Positions 13,668-26,305 of a stretch of DNA of 64,000 nt are shown in pieces. The notes under the pieces were generated by a model, which was not told where the DNA came from, ran no database searches, and saw only the letters and a program-made list of their open reading frames with translations. Numbering within the stretch: position 1 is the stretch's first letter; every line of letters begins with the position of its first letter. This DNA is from Nemertoderma westbladi (Eukaryota > Animalia > Xenacoelomorpha), in the NCBI GenBank assembly GCA_032718475.1, contig JAUCBJ010009161.1, forward strand, positions 1 to 64,000, read 5' to 3'. Both the position numbers and the translations under genes were made by a program.

Positions 13668-14545
13668 TTTTTATTTTATTTTTTACATTTGCCCTAATAA
13701 TAATAAACTTTATAAATTACTACACGTGCACGGGGGGTCATGTAACAAAATATGTTTAATTGGTTTTTTTAAATAAATTAAATTGAAATTTATAAATATA
13801 CAGGTACTTTCAACGGAGTTTCGGTAGTAACTAATCTAAATCAGTTATTTGCGTTCAAAATTACTAATCTAAATCAGTCATAAATCAGTATCATCTCTAA
13901 ATCAGTCATTTGTGTTCAAAATTTATTGTTGAAATTGATATTTGGTTATTTTTGTTGTAATTTGGTTTTTATCTTAAGTAATTTAAAATTAAACTATGAT
14001 TCATAAATAATGTAAGTAAGTATATGTTCTTATTTTCTACTATATAATAATAATAATAATTACCTTTCAGTGTGATGCCTGTTCATCTATATTTAAGTTA
14101 GTTAACCTCCCCCCACCGCCCCCCCCCCCCCCCCCCCCGACCACACATAATTCCAAATTCAAAATTTTAGTGGCTATACCATATAACACACAATTAGGCC
14201 ATCCTCTTCATGTCTCTTTATTCATCGTATTTGATATTTTTTATTACTAACCGCATAAATTAATTACCTGTATAATATTCTTATTTTCACCTTTCAGCTG
14301 GAGTTTCGTACAATCTCTTTTTTTTATTCAAATATGAGCATTGTAAATAACATTAATTCTCTGAGATTCATAATACTTCAATAAGTAATATATCTGTAAT
14401 TACAAACATTCATTTCTACTTATATACACTACTACTGAGCTATCTATTTTTTCATAGTTTGAGTCACGCACTAGTGGAACTATGTGCCTCAAGGTATGGA
14501 TTATTCAACGAGAGATCAGTTTATTTGTGCAGTTGTCTTACTTAA

Positions 14546-16757
14546 CCCTATTAAACCCCTAATTCGTCCCTTTCATTTTGAAACCACGTATATGCCATTT
14601 TTGCCGAAATGGAGATTGCTGCATTTCTTTATGTTAAAATGTATTCTGAATCCGATTAACACACTTAGAAGGCCATGCACCCACGTATAACTGAAATATT
14701 TATCGTTTCAAAACCACCTATATGCCAGTTTTGCATAGACCGCATGATAAAGAATTATTTTTTTAAAACAACCTATATAATACATTTTACTATTATAAAT
14801 AGGGTAAGCCCGGGAAACGTTGATATAAAATTGGCATCAACGAGTCAGGAGCTAGAATTGTTGTTTATTATGATAGGGGGAGACTTGTTTTATAATTTTA
14901 AAACTTAATAATCGAATTTGTCTTAAGGGTTTTAATGCTTTTTGAGTAATCATTGTAAAAAAATTTTAAAATTTTTTTTTAAAGAACCTATATACATTGT
15001 TTCCTACCTAATATGTTACATAATTCCAATACCAAAACTATTTTTGTTTAAAATCGTTACATTTAATGGATTTAAAAATAAATAAGACAAAAATCCTGGA
15101 ATATTACTTTCAAACAAAATTAGAATCGAAAATGCCGTTTTACAGGAAAAGTCAATTTTGTCATTTAGGTTGTTTGAAAATGAAAGGGACGAATTATTGA
15201 CCCCCCCCCCCCCCCACCCGTGGTTTTTTTGTTATAATTCTGAAACAAACGGCGTTGGAAATCTGAAATTTTATGGCTTTTACTAAAAATCTATTGTCTT
15301 CTTAGTAGAGAAAATCGTTTTCAAAAATATTGGGTAGTTTTCGAGGTATAGCACCATTTTTTAACCCTACTTTTGGCAGTTTTTTTGAGACGTTTTTTGA
15401 AAATTACATTTCATGAAATATGATTTGTAACATCTCTATTTTTAATTTACACCGGTTTTTTGGTGTTAGCAATTAAATGGAATTCATATAAATTAATTTA
15501 GAAATTTCAAACTTGTTTTTTTCGACGGGTGCCAAATTTTGGTGCAGGCACCAAATTTTGGACTATATCAATTTTGTAAATTAATTGTTTGAAACATGTT
15601 TTTTACGCAATTGGGGTGTTTTGGGGTTCTGGTTTCGATGGAATATATACGAGTTGCACCAAGGGTATCAAACTTGTATTTTTCGGTGCTGTGTGCAAAT
15701 TTTGGTGCTAGCACGAAATTTTGATAATCCATTCAATAGAAAGAATTGCTTGTGACAATTTATTTATTGCGTTTTAGAGGTTTATGGCTGTTCTGAATTC
15801 AATGGAATATATAATTATCGAACTAGACATCTCAAACTTGTATTTTTTGGAAAAACCATCAAATATATCAATTGATTGTGTCACAATATTGTTTGCGTTA
15901 TGCGAGTTTGTGAGGGTTCTGAATTCAATGGAAACTGTAAAAATTTCATAAGAGTTTTCAAACTTGTTTTTTTTAGCCGCTGGGTGATTTTTGAAAATTT
16001 GTGAAAATAAGCAAATTGATCAGTAGATAGTATCACATTGTTTCTAGCGTTATACGGGTTTATGAGGATCCTGAATCCGATGGAATCAATAAAAACAGCA
16101 CTGGACATCGCAAACTTGTACTTTTTGGTGATGGGTACGAAATTTGGTGCTAGCACCAAAATTTGCCAAATTACGCCGGAAAATACAAGTAGCAATGATC
16201 TGGCATATTAGAAATGTATTCCATTAGAATCAGCGCCCGAGAAAACCTGAAAATGTGAATTTATATACGCCGAAAAATAAAATGTAACAATGATCTTGCA
16301 TATTAGAAAGGTATTCCATTAGAATCAGCGCCCTAGAAACCTGAAAATGCGAATTTATAGCAATATATAAGTGAATTAAAAATTGTGTGTTCTAACTTAA
16401 AAGTGCTGGTTACTTGTTTTTTTCATTTTTTTCCTACGCAGAGAGAACTAAACAGCCATTTATAGTAATAATATCATTTTTAAATATTTTCCAATGTATT
16501 TTGCGCCCCAGAAAATATTGTATTGTATTGAAAAACAATTAGCCGAAAAATGTAACTTTCAAATTTTGTGAAAATTGTGCACTACCTGTACTTTTTTTCG
16601 AAATTTTTTTTTCCGGTTGGATCAAGACTAGTGATACCTACGTTCAAATAAAAAATCAGACGTTTCCGTAAAAATATGTAGATTTTAGATGGGGGGGGGG
16701 GGGGGGGGGGGGGGCGGAATTTGTACAACATTTTATAGCTAATAGGTAGTAATAGGG
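14546..16757. mobile_element. Putative non-autonomous DNA transposon with piggyBac-like ends
   Basis: TTAA|CCCTATTA ... TAATAGGG|TTAA. Internal inverted repeat aattcgtccctttcatttt (~14561) / aaaatgaaagggacgaatt (~15177). Poly-C at 15200 and poly-G at 16691. Internal direct repeats at 15500-16360. No transposase. Confidence 0.5.
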
Positions 16758-17084
16758 TTAATCTAATATTATACTAATTATACTTTAAAGGTAATGTCTG
16801 TTATGTAAAATTAATATGAATATGAATTTGAATATTTTTTATATATTGAAGGGGTACAGCACTAACTAGCAAATTTTGCTATCTATCTCGCTGACCAGCC
16901 ATTGAGTAGGACTGCCCACATTCTCTTTTTTATGTTGTTTTAGTATTGTTTGGGTTACTTAGTGGTGCAGGGTGTGTTTTATATAATTATTAAATAAACA
17001 AACAGGAAACTCATCCCTTAAAGTAAATGATAAATTGGCAGAATCCGTATTATCTGAGAAAATGCAGCAATTTTGGACAAAAGT

Positions 17085-17310
17085 AAAATAATAATAATAA
17101 TAATAATATTGGTTATTTATATAGCGCTTTTCTACGCTCAGCATACTCAAAGCGCTTTTATTATCATTACCCCAGCAAAGCCAGGTTCCCATTATACCGC
17201 TGGGTTGGCGTAGGCACTAATGTTTAAAGTGTCTTGCCCAGGGACACAACAGTGCGAAATTTCTACAGCCTTTAGTAGTCGGATTCGAACCTACGCTACC
17301 AAACACTAAA
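17085..17310 (-). mobile_element. tRNA-derived SINE with CORE-like domain
   Basis: Minus strand: B-box ggttcgaatccg, CORE-like gttgtgtccctgggcaagacacttta, then agcgctatataaat and a (tat)n tail. Confidence 0.7.
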
Positions 17311-17524
17311 AATCAAATAGTAATATATATTTACCATCTGCGAGTAGTATAGGTGAATTTACTGGATCCGGCAATATATGTGACATGTGGGGCACACATT
17401 TTAAGGAGATACATAATTATGTGCCCTCTGACCCGGTTTATGCAAATGATATCAAATCTGAATTTTCATCATTGGTATTTTGAAAGATATGCTGTGTTGT
17501 ATACACTGTACATTTGCCGAGGTC

Positions 17525-17795
17525 TTAACTGCTATTGAGGGCTTAAAGTCAAATAAGTCTCCACTCCAGGTCTAGATAATTTATCTGTAGAGCACATAAA
17601 ATCTGCACCATTAGTTATATTGAGCAATTTACTGGCATTATTATTCTCATCTTGTTTCATTTACGGATATTTTTCAACGTGTTTATTGTCTTCAGTGATA
17701 ACCCCTATTATCAAAGATAATAATGCCTCAGCCTCAGATAAAGGCAACTATCGACCCATTTCTATCTCAAAAGTTATTTCCAAGATATTAGAATG
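17525..17795 (+). mobile_element. LINE reverse-transcriptase N-terminal fragment
   Basis: AIEGLKSNKSP..GLDNLSVEHIK...VITPIIKD...DKGNYRPISISKVISKILE contains the canonical non-LTR NYRPIS motif. Confidence 0.85.
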
Positions 17796-18178
17796 AATGC
17801 AAAGCACAACCTTGTGCTTGGCAGCCTCATGCAAAAGTAATTTTGTATCTCAATAATTGCATCTCAATTTGCACCTGCAATGCCACAGGCCAATTATAGA
17901 AAGACTGCAAGCAAAGTGGTCTAGTTTTTGTCCGAACTGCTCTCTAGTGGACTAACTGATGATACAAATATTATGTATTAAATAAGCTAATCGTATTTGC
18001 GAAATACAGATATATATTTTTATTCTGACAATTGGTGATAATGTCCTTTGTCTGTCTTATGGGTAGGCCCTATTAGATGTATTACTGTATTGGTATTGGT
18101 TGGTTAGTTGTTCTCAGGCCTCAAACTTAATTAAACGTTCATGTGAATTATATTATTTATTGATAAATATATGAAAAT

Positions 18179-19167
18179 AATTTTAAATCATTGAATTTTA
18201 AATCATTGAATTTTAAATCATTGAATTTTAAATCATTGAATTTTAAATCATTGAATTTTAAATCATTGAATTTTAAATCATTGAATTTTAAATCATTGAA
18301 TTTTAAATCATTGAATTTTAAATCATTGAATTTTAAATCATTGAATTTTAAATCATTGAATTTTAAATCATTGAATTTTAAATCATTGAATTTTAAATCA
18401 TTGAATTTTAAATCATTGAATTTTAAATCATTGAATTTTAAATCATTGAATTTTAAATCATTGAATTTTAAATCATTGAATTTTAAATCATTGAATTTTA
18501 AATCATTGAATTTTAAATCATTGAATTTTAAATCATTGAATTTTAAATCATTGAATTTTAAATCATTGAATTTTAAATCATTGAATTTTAAATCATTGAA
18601 TTTTAAATCATTGAATTTTAAATCATTGAATTTTAAATCATTGAATTTTAAATCATTGAATTTTAAATCATTGAATTTTAAATCATTGAATTTTAAATCA
18701 TTGAATTTTAAATCATTGAATTTTAAATCATTGAATTTTAAATCATTGAATTTTAAATCATTGAATTTTAAATCATTAAATTTTAAATCATTAAATTTTA
18801 AATCATTGAATTTTAAATCATTGAATTTTAAATCATTGAATTTTAAATCATTGAATTTTAAATCATTGAATTTTAAATCATTGAATTTTAAATCATTGAA
18901 TTTTAAATCATTGAATTTTAAATCATTGAATTTTAAATCATTGAATTTTAAATCATTGAATTTTAAATCATTGAATTTTAAATCATTGAATTTTAAATCA
19001 TTGAATTTTAAATCATTGAATTTTAAATCATTGAATTTTAAATCATTGAATTTTAAATCATTGAATTTTAAATCATTGAATTTTAAATCATTGAATTTTA
19101 AATCATTGAATTTTAAATCATTGAATTTTAAATCATTGAATTTTAAATCATTGAATTTTAAATCATT
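18179..19167. repeat. 15-bp minisatellite (TTTTAAATCATTGAA)n, ~66 copies
   Basis: Near-perfect tandem array; only two adjacent units (~18770-18800) carry a g>a variant. Confidence 0.99.
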
Positions 19168-19328
19168 ATTATGGTGTAAAACTTATATTTTAAATTAAAT
19201 TTTTATGATGGCTATTTTACTATCAATTTAAGATTTGCGAGATGTGTTACAAGCTTGATAGTTTAGCTTCCGATGCAGCAGTGCCCAGCAAATCCGATCC
19301 GTTCTGTAGTATATTAGTATATACTTAC

Positions 19329-19502
19329 TCATAAAGTATCCAAGTTCCGCCGGTCACTATTGCTGATGAGACGACGTTGTTAAACCCAGCCTTAGCTAGA
19401 TCCGGATATGAATCATCAAGAACCAACATGGTTCCTTCAAAGAGCTGGAGGTCGAACAAAGCGATAGTTGGACTGTTTCCATCTCGTGTGATCGCACGGG
19501 CA
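19329..19502 (-). CDS. betagamma-crystallin-domain gene, exon 4 (Greek key 3)
   Basis: ctccccgtag acceptor and GTAAGT donor; encodes ARAITRDGNSPTIALFDLQLFEGTMLVLDDSYPDLAKAGFNNVVSSAIVTGGTWILY. Confidence 0.88.
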
Positions 19503-19971
19503 CTACGGGGAGAAATAGACATGTAGACTTGTATAGTGACTTGTTACCATTAAAACACAATTATTCTAAGGGTGTTTAAAATGTAACAGGTTAACACTAT
19601 CTAGCGAAACATGGTTGATTTACATTTCAGAAAAAGATACGACATAATTTAGCATATTGAATTTAGAGGGAATGCCTGCCACCCACCTGGCTCTTTCATG
19701 TTTGATTGAACAAGACAAGAAGTAGTTTTAGAAGAAAGCTACCACGTTTTCGAAACCATTGAGAGTATTTGGTTGATAAGATATAGATATATAGATATAG
19801 AGCATTGAACTTCACTTCACATGTTAAGAGACAATATTGACCACAGTGCACATATTATATAGAATAACAGTAGCATTAAACAATGCTACTTTAGTTTGAT
19901 AGGCGTTCACATAAGAAATAACAAGATATTTTTATTGACATATGACGCATAATCAATTGATATTATATTAC

Positions 19972-20091
19972 CTTGATATTGAGTTGTCAGGTAGTATAGC
20001 AGCTCCCCAACTATTCGCATTCGTAAAATTTTCTGGAGTAGATATCCTCAATTGGGCATTAGTGTAGGAATCACCATCATAGATTAACCAC
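19972..20091 (-). CDS. betagamma-crystallin-domain gene, exon 3 (Greek key 2)
   Basis: ctttaag acceptor and GTAAT donor; encodes WLIYDGDSYTNAQLRISTPENFTNANSWGAAILPDNSIS; phases match both neighbouring exons. Confidence 0.85.
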
Positions 20092-20701
20092 CTTAAAGTT
20101 AGGCAATATAATTTTATAAAAAAGTTAAACAATATAATCTTATTAGTTATCCTTAAACAATATAATTTTATCAAATTATGACATTTATTATCATATTACA
20201 TGCATGTATTAAATTTACTTACTATGTAATAAGTACAGTTTGAGTGTTGCGTGATATTCCATCTCCTAGAATCTGCAAATCTTAACGATATTGTGTGAAA
20301 TTTGGAACAGGTGTCTCTGTCGATATTGCACTATTCGCTCTGTTGTTATTCTTAGATCTTACAGTGGTTTGAGATTAAAAACATGTGAAAATGCTGTGAA
20401 AATCAGTAACATGCAGCTGTATGTGTAATGTGAGTAGTAGATATGTGAGTAGTAGTAGAAACTGTAGCCAGTTTATTTTAATATTACCAGTTGCATTGGA
20501 TTACACTATAACTAGAGTCTTATATATCTGTGTTGCACAAATCATAGCTTACTTGTGAACATCATAAATAGCTGGACGGACTATCTAAACATTATTCCAG
20601 CATCATCGATGCCATCTGATCCATAAAAAGGCCATACAACAACAGGTAGTCATGTTGTCGTTGCAGCTTTTGCTGCACAAAGGCCCTACTCGTGTACTTA
20701 C

Positions 20702-20865
20702 TGCCCACAAATGACTTTCATTGAGGATATATCATTTTGTTGAGCGTTGATAAGTAACTGACTTGATACGATACTCCCACTTGTCTTGTACATCTCTCCG
20801 CCGTAGTTCTCTTCAGTGTAGAATTCAATTAGCGGAGCAGAACATGATCCAGGTAGCCCGGGGAC
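20702..20865 (-). CDS. betagamma-crystallin-domain gene, exon 2 (Greek key 1)
   Basis: ttttatatttag acceptor and GTAAGT donor; encodes VPGLPGSCSAPLIEFYTEENYGGEMYKTSGSIVSSQLLINAQQNDISSMKVICG. Not in the ORF track. Confidence 0.85.
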
Positions 20866-21042
20866 CTAAATATAAAAGCAAAATTAAAAAAAAATTATGC
20901 ATAAATTGATTTTGTTAAATTATTCGTAATTTGTGATTTTGTTAAATTATTCGTAATTTAATGTTTATATCAATAAGATGTAAGGGCATAATTCCTTTTG
21001 AGAATTTGAATATTTTGTAAACTAAAACACCGATAAACTTAC

Positions 21043-21090
21043 ATCAGGAAGGCAACCTATTGATATATTTAATTGAACAAGGCTCATCAT
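21043..21090 (-). CDS. betagamma-crystallin-domain gene, candidate exon 1
   Basis: ATG-initiated MMSLVQLNISIGCLPD followed by a phase-0 GTAAGT donor, in frame with exon 2. It could instead be a 14-nt micro-exon using the internal caatag acceptor. Confidence 0.5.
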
Positions 21091-21526
21091 GTGTATAATT
21101 TAACTTTAGTATAAAATACTGACATAAAAGTCTTATATTAAAAACACTTGATGATATTTGTCTATAAGAGTTTGTAATTTTATGTAATGCATGTGCGGAA
21201 AACTACTGATATATCTTTGACAATCCTACAATGTACAATAAACTTAACTATGCATTGTATTTGTCTGGTGTTGTTTTTTGCTGCACACGCTAACTGCATA
21301 TCGAAATCTTATATTTTTATCAAAGAATCATTCAATTTCTGTGTGTATGTTATTTATGCCTAACTCATGTTGTATACCACCGTAAACCTTGTTTATATGT
21401 TGCCTAGCAGCAGTTTTGGTAGTGCTGAACTCTCATTGGTAACTACCGGTACAGGTATTCTTGCGTCCTATCGGCTGTTCTATTTTTGCAGTATTGTTTG
21501 TTTATATAGTCGATGTTCATCCCTCA

Positions 21527-21737
21527 ACATCATATTAAGCCTGTTATGAGTCATGTAACTTGCAGGACTCGTGATATTTCAACTTGCCGCATGCCTTGCT
21601 GTTTTATATCATTTACAATTATTGCTTTACTATTGCTGATGAATATACAAGACCAGAGATCAAACCAACTTGATTTCCACACGGTTAGAGCCGACTGCAC
21701 CCTGTCTGTAATAGAATCGGTTAATTTTAGTGCGAGT
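21527..21737 (+). repeat. Dispersed direct repeat (paralog at 25329-25496)
   Basis: aacatcatatta.gcctgtta.gagtcat.taacttgcaggactcgtgatatt ... gactgcaccctgtctgtaataga.tcggtt.attttagtgcgagt occurs at both positions. Confidence 0.8.
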
Positions 21738-22877
21738 TAACTATAATAATAAAATATAAATAATAAAATAACTTAAAAACTTAATAATTTAGTCAGTGTT
21801 TGTATGGTATGTTACGGACGCTATTATTAAAATTGTCCTACTCCTTCGGTTTTCTATTTACACTAACTACGTCATCTAAGTAGCCTGGTATTTTATTGTT
21901 TTACTGTACATATGCCCTACACTTACGTTTATTGTTTATTTTTATAAACTTGTGACCTAGTGTTACAACCCCCAAATATTGTAAGTACGTTCTATTATTT
22001 GCGTACAACAATAATTAATTATTACATCTTTCTTTAGGCCATTGAACTGCTTAACAGGCAGACACAGGCCCGATATTTGACATATATTAATCCTTGTATT
22101 TAGTTCAAGGGAACGGACATCCTATGCTAATTAGGACCATCCTGCACATTAATTAGGTGCTCGTGATTTATTGTAACTTGCAATTTAATTTCATCCCACA
22201 GCAATTTACATCTTGCCTCACAACGACTTTCCATTCCAGACAATTTGTCGCTGAGTGCTTCAACCCAGCCATTTACTTACTACAAATCACGAGACTAAAC
22301 TTTTTTGTTCGACCTACTCAGTCGCGACATACAAATTTCCCTGCCATTATTAGTGCTGTTTACTTCCATTGAGTGTTGAGACATAATACACCCCCACGGC
22401 CGACAACATACAATAGCGTGGCTTAACATTTCCCATACCTATTGGCTTTGTGTGGCCTAATTGCTTGTCCAGTTCGTGCAATTCAGAGTGACGGCTCCTT
22501 CCTATTGAATGGTAGTCCATAGCATCGTTCTTGAATAGCATCACTGAATCGAATTGACAGTAGTGGACGGCATTACTCGGATTACAGTAGACAGCAACTA
22601 CTAGCAGTGAAACAAGAATTGTAAAAGAACTTTAACGATACTTGTTACTCCCGTTCTCTTTGAAAGGTGCTTCTTAATTTATTTGAGATAAAGCCATCCA
22701 GCGGGAGCAAAGACTATTACTTTCTTAAAAATAGCCAAATTATTCATTTCTCTAGGTAATGAAAATAGAATAACTTCTTTGGTGATTAATTATTTATTTT
22801 GCAGAATAAATACTTGGTTAACAGACCTTTATAGTTACAACATACTATTTGTGCATAGATTACATTAACTTGACATC

Positions 22878-25328
22878 GTGTCTGAGTCAGATATTGACAC
22901 TGAACCATTTGTCCAACACCCACCGGTCACGGCTGCCCCTCATACTAACATTCCCCCTTCCGTCGACCAGGTCGCGCCACATGCCCCCAACAAGAAATCT
23001 TGGGACAGGTCCTGCATTAGAACTAGACAATTTACCAGAGGGATTGTAGATAACATAAATGTAAAACCACCCATAGCTAGCGTTGTACAAACTGGAGTGA
23101 GCTCACAATCACTACTAGTAATGAACACATCCCCTATTATGTTCACCCCTTCACCCCACAGCAATGAGGAATTGCACCCACCGATCGATAACACCCTTTC
23201 GCAGAACATTGCAGATGAAACAATTCCTGTTCACCCGCAAGCAAGACTAGCTTACTTGCTGGAGGAGATCGACAGTTACCGGGAAAGGGTTGCAACCGGA
23301 ACAGTAGCTTCTGAACAGGAGGTTAATGGGGAGGAATTACATCACATTATGCCCCACCCCAGAACTTCGTAACTTCTTCCAGTTCAATGATATGGCATGG
23401 GCAGACCTATACAAACTAAACTTTGGCCCCCTCCAGCCTTGAATCAGCAGCCGTCCTAGATGAGATAGACGCTGAGCGCGACCTGCGGGCACAGATAAAG
23501 GGACATAAGGCTGATAAGGAAATCTTGGAAATGGAGTTACAGTTAAGCGCAAACCAGCTAAGTAATAAAACCAGCCGCTGAAATAAAGTTAGAAATTGCC
23601 AAGGAAACATCTAAGCTGCAATTAGAAACTGCCAAGGTAACAGCTGAGCTGCAGTTAGACGCCGAGCAGCTGGAAAACGAACTCGCGGAGGCTTATCTAG
23701 TATTAAAGAATAAAATAATGCTAAAAAGGTTAAGTGAAAATCAGTGTAAGGAAAGAACAGGCTCAACCAGAGGACGAGACTGGCCGATTAGATGGACTTA
23801 AGCTTCGTCGGATGAAGGAAACTCCACCGACTCTAGTGAAAGTGGTAACCACTCATAAGGCAGGCAAAAGAGAGCTGTTAGAGTGGCATTGGCAGACCTG
23901 CCTCCATATAATATAATAGAGACAGGGCACCCCCAAAGCAGACTGATTTGGATCATCTGAGACCGTTGAATGCGCGGCCCCCCCTGGGTAGGTTACAGGA
24001 GGAAAATGAGCCAAACGATCCCGGGTTCGAGATCTATATAGATCTGCGGGAACAGGAACCACCTCAGTTGGTTGCGCCCCCCTTGTGCGGTATATCAGCT
24101 GAGCCGATCGACCCAGTAGTAGCTCCACACTTGACCATGAGAACAACCCCATGCCATAATAGAGATGTTGTACCACCAGCAGGTGCACCAATTGTAGCTA
24201 AAGAAATACACAGTGAAGCCACAATCTCAAACAATACCTCTCGTATAACTTGCCCAGAACCCCCCAAACTTAACTACCTGTCTAGTACCTTAGCCCGGAC
24301 TAAGGACGATAGAATGTTATTCGGCACTGGAATATCCCCAATCACCGGCTTGGCAGAAAATGATATTACATGCATTACCACATGGTAACGAAGGAGGAAA
24401 CAATAATAATTGGACATCGAGGGATGAACTAAATCGCCGCTCGACGTCAAAATCAACCGGATGACAGGCACCTGGCGCCCGGATCGGCCCACTTACCAGA
24501 AACGCCATTGTCATCCGACGGACGGATATCAGTCCCCACTAATGGGCAAAGGGAAGCCTACCCCAGAAGTGGAGTCAGGTTTTCCCCAGACATCCCAGGT
24601 GAAGTATTCCCCAAAGGGGCCCCTCCTTCACCCTCAGAGGCCTATGCACCCCCGTTAGATCCCAGCCTACATAATGTCCAACGTTATGTACAAAATATCG
24701 GGCAACCCAGACCCCCAGCAATGACGACTCTCGTGAAATCATTGATTCTTTATTACAAAGAAGTGATTCCTTATCACCAAATAACGATTCTATATTACTG
24801 TATCTATGATTCTGTATTACAAATGGCTTTGATACAAGACCATCTCACCTTGACCAATAAGAAAGTCGACTCCCAAGCAGTGTCGTCAAAAGGTGTAAAA
24901 ATTTTAAAATGTGCCTCTGATGTGAGTGGTATTCATGCCGAGAATACAGTACATCAGAACGACCGAAGCTTATATCTAACCGACCTTTTATTAAATTCAT
25001 CGGCAGTCCAAACCGACATCACCAGACATATGGCTAGGAATGACAAGAGACCTCAGGTCAAATTTTAAAGTTGGATGGTGATGAACTGAAATGGCTACCC
25101 TTTACAGTATTCTAGAATCGCCATTAAGTGAACGTGAGAAGCTTAGATATTTAATTAGTTGCCTGGAAGGACACCCTAACCAAATGGCTTCAAAATATGT
25201 GGGCCATGTAGACGGCATCAGTACTGTTTGGGATACTCTAAAGGAGCGGTATGGAAATGAAGAAAGCTTGGCACGCAACATGTATGGCAGATTAATCTCT
25301 AAAAATAGATCCACTCAAAACGGGATCT
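22878..25328 (+). pseudogene. Degenerate Bel/Pao gag relic
   Basis: 25091-25330 encodes LSEREKLRYLISCLEGHPNQMASKYVGHVDGISTVWDTLKERYGN, homologous to LSNGEKLRFLIKCLEGPP...VWDTLNIRYGN in the 51745 gag. Upstream ORFs are fragmented and Pro-rich or coiled-coil-like. Confidence 0.7.
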
Positions 25329-25496
25329 AACATCATATTATGCCTGTTACGAGTCATATAACTTGCAGGACTCGTGATATTGCTGTATGCCTTGGTGGAT
25401 TACATTATTTACTATTATCAAACCAACTCGATTTCGACACGGTTAGTGCTGACTGCACCCTGTCTGTAATAGATTCGGTTCATTTTAGTGCGAGTG
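25329..25496 (+). repeat. Dispersed direct repeat (paralog at 21527-21737)
   Basis: Shared sequence with 21527-21737; lies just upstream of the LINE endonuclease. Confidence 0.8.
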
Positions 25497-25581
25497 TGTG
25501 CGTCCATAGTACTGCAATATTATTCCCCAACTAGTAACTATCATCTATTTACACTATGTAAGCAGCACGAGTGAACTGCCA

Positions 25582-26305
25582 TTGGTGAATCTGAGACAAG
25601 TCACTAGACTAGCCTCAGTAAACATCCTAACACTCGGGTCCCCAATAAGACAAGGTAAGCTGACTGCCTTGGCATATAAGCTTTCTCTTAGTGCAGTGGG
25701 TGTTCAAGAGCACCGAATGCAGACTGGACAGACTGATGAGGTTCTGATTAAGGACATGAGGGGCGGTTGGCGACTCGCTCTCGCTTCAGCAGATGATAGT
25801 GGAAATGGTGGAATTGGTCTATTGATGAATCCAACTGCACATGCAGCATTGGACAAAGTAGACCAAATCTCTAACCGCATCATCCGTTGCTACTTCTCAT
25901 GTTCTGGAAGACTGGCTAAGAAGTTTCCTAAGGTGGTTCTGATTGTGTGCTACTCTCCAACGAGTGTTGCCCCTGTAGAGGAGGTGGAAAATTTCTACCA
26001 CAATCTACAAGCAGCTACTGATGGAGTGGATCAGCATGCATTCTTAACATTCCTGGGAGACTTTAATGCAAGTCTGCATCAATCACCTACATCGCCCTGG
26101 GTCTATAGCAATACTGCATCAATCACCTACATCGCCCTGGGTCTATAGCAATAGTGTTAACCGAAATTCCGTCCATCTTCAGGATTTTATCTCTGGAAAT
26201 GGATTGTTTTTGGCTGGAACCCAGTTCAAGAAGCTCATATTGGACCCAGTGCTCACAAGTCCCAGATAGACCATGCAGATAGGAAATACAGGAGCTCTAT
26301 ACAAG
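25582..26305 (+). mobile_element. LINE (RTE-like) AP-endonuclease fragment, interrupted by the LTR of element B
   Basis: APE motifs LASVNILTL, VGVQEHR, GGIGLL, ISNRII, VCYSPT, ENFY..LQ, LGDFNA. An internal ~40-bp tandem duplication (~26075-26153) shifts the frame. Confidence 0.85.

Larger units (their letters stand above)
8753..14102. repeat. Segmental duplication copy 2
   Basis: Matches 743-3135 apart from a 3025-bp block (8937-11961). Homology ends at atttaagttagt (14102 vs 3135). Confidence 0.93.

Noticed and set aside
18191-19198. 335-aa (NFKSL)n ORF
   Set aside because: Translation of a 15-bp satellite with a non-ATG start; no evidence of coding function.
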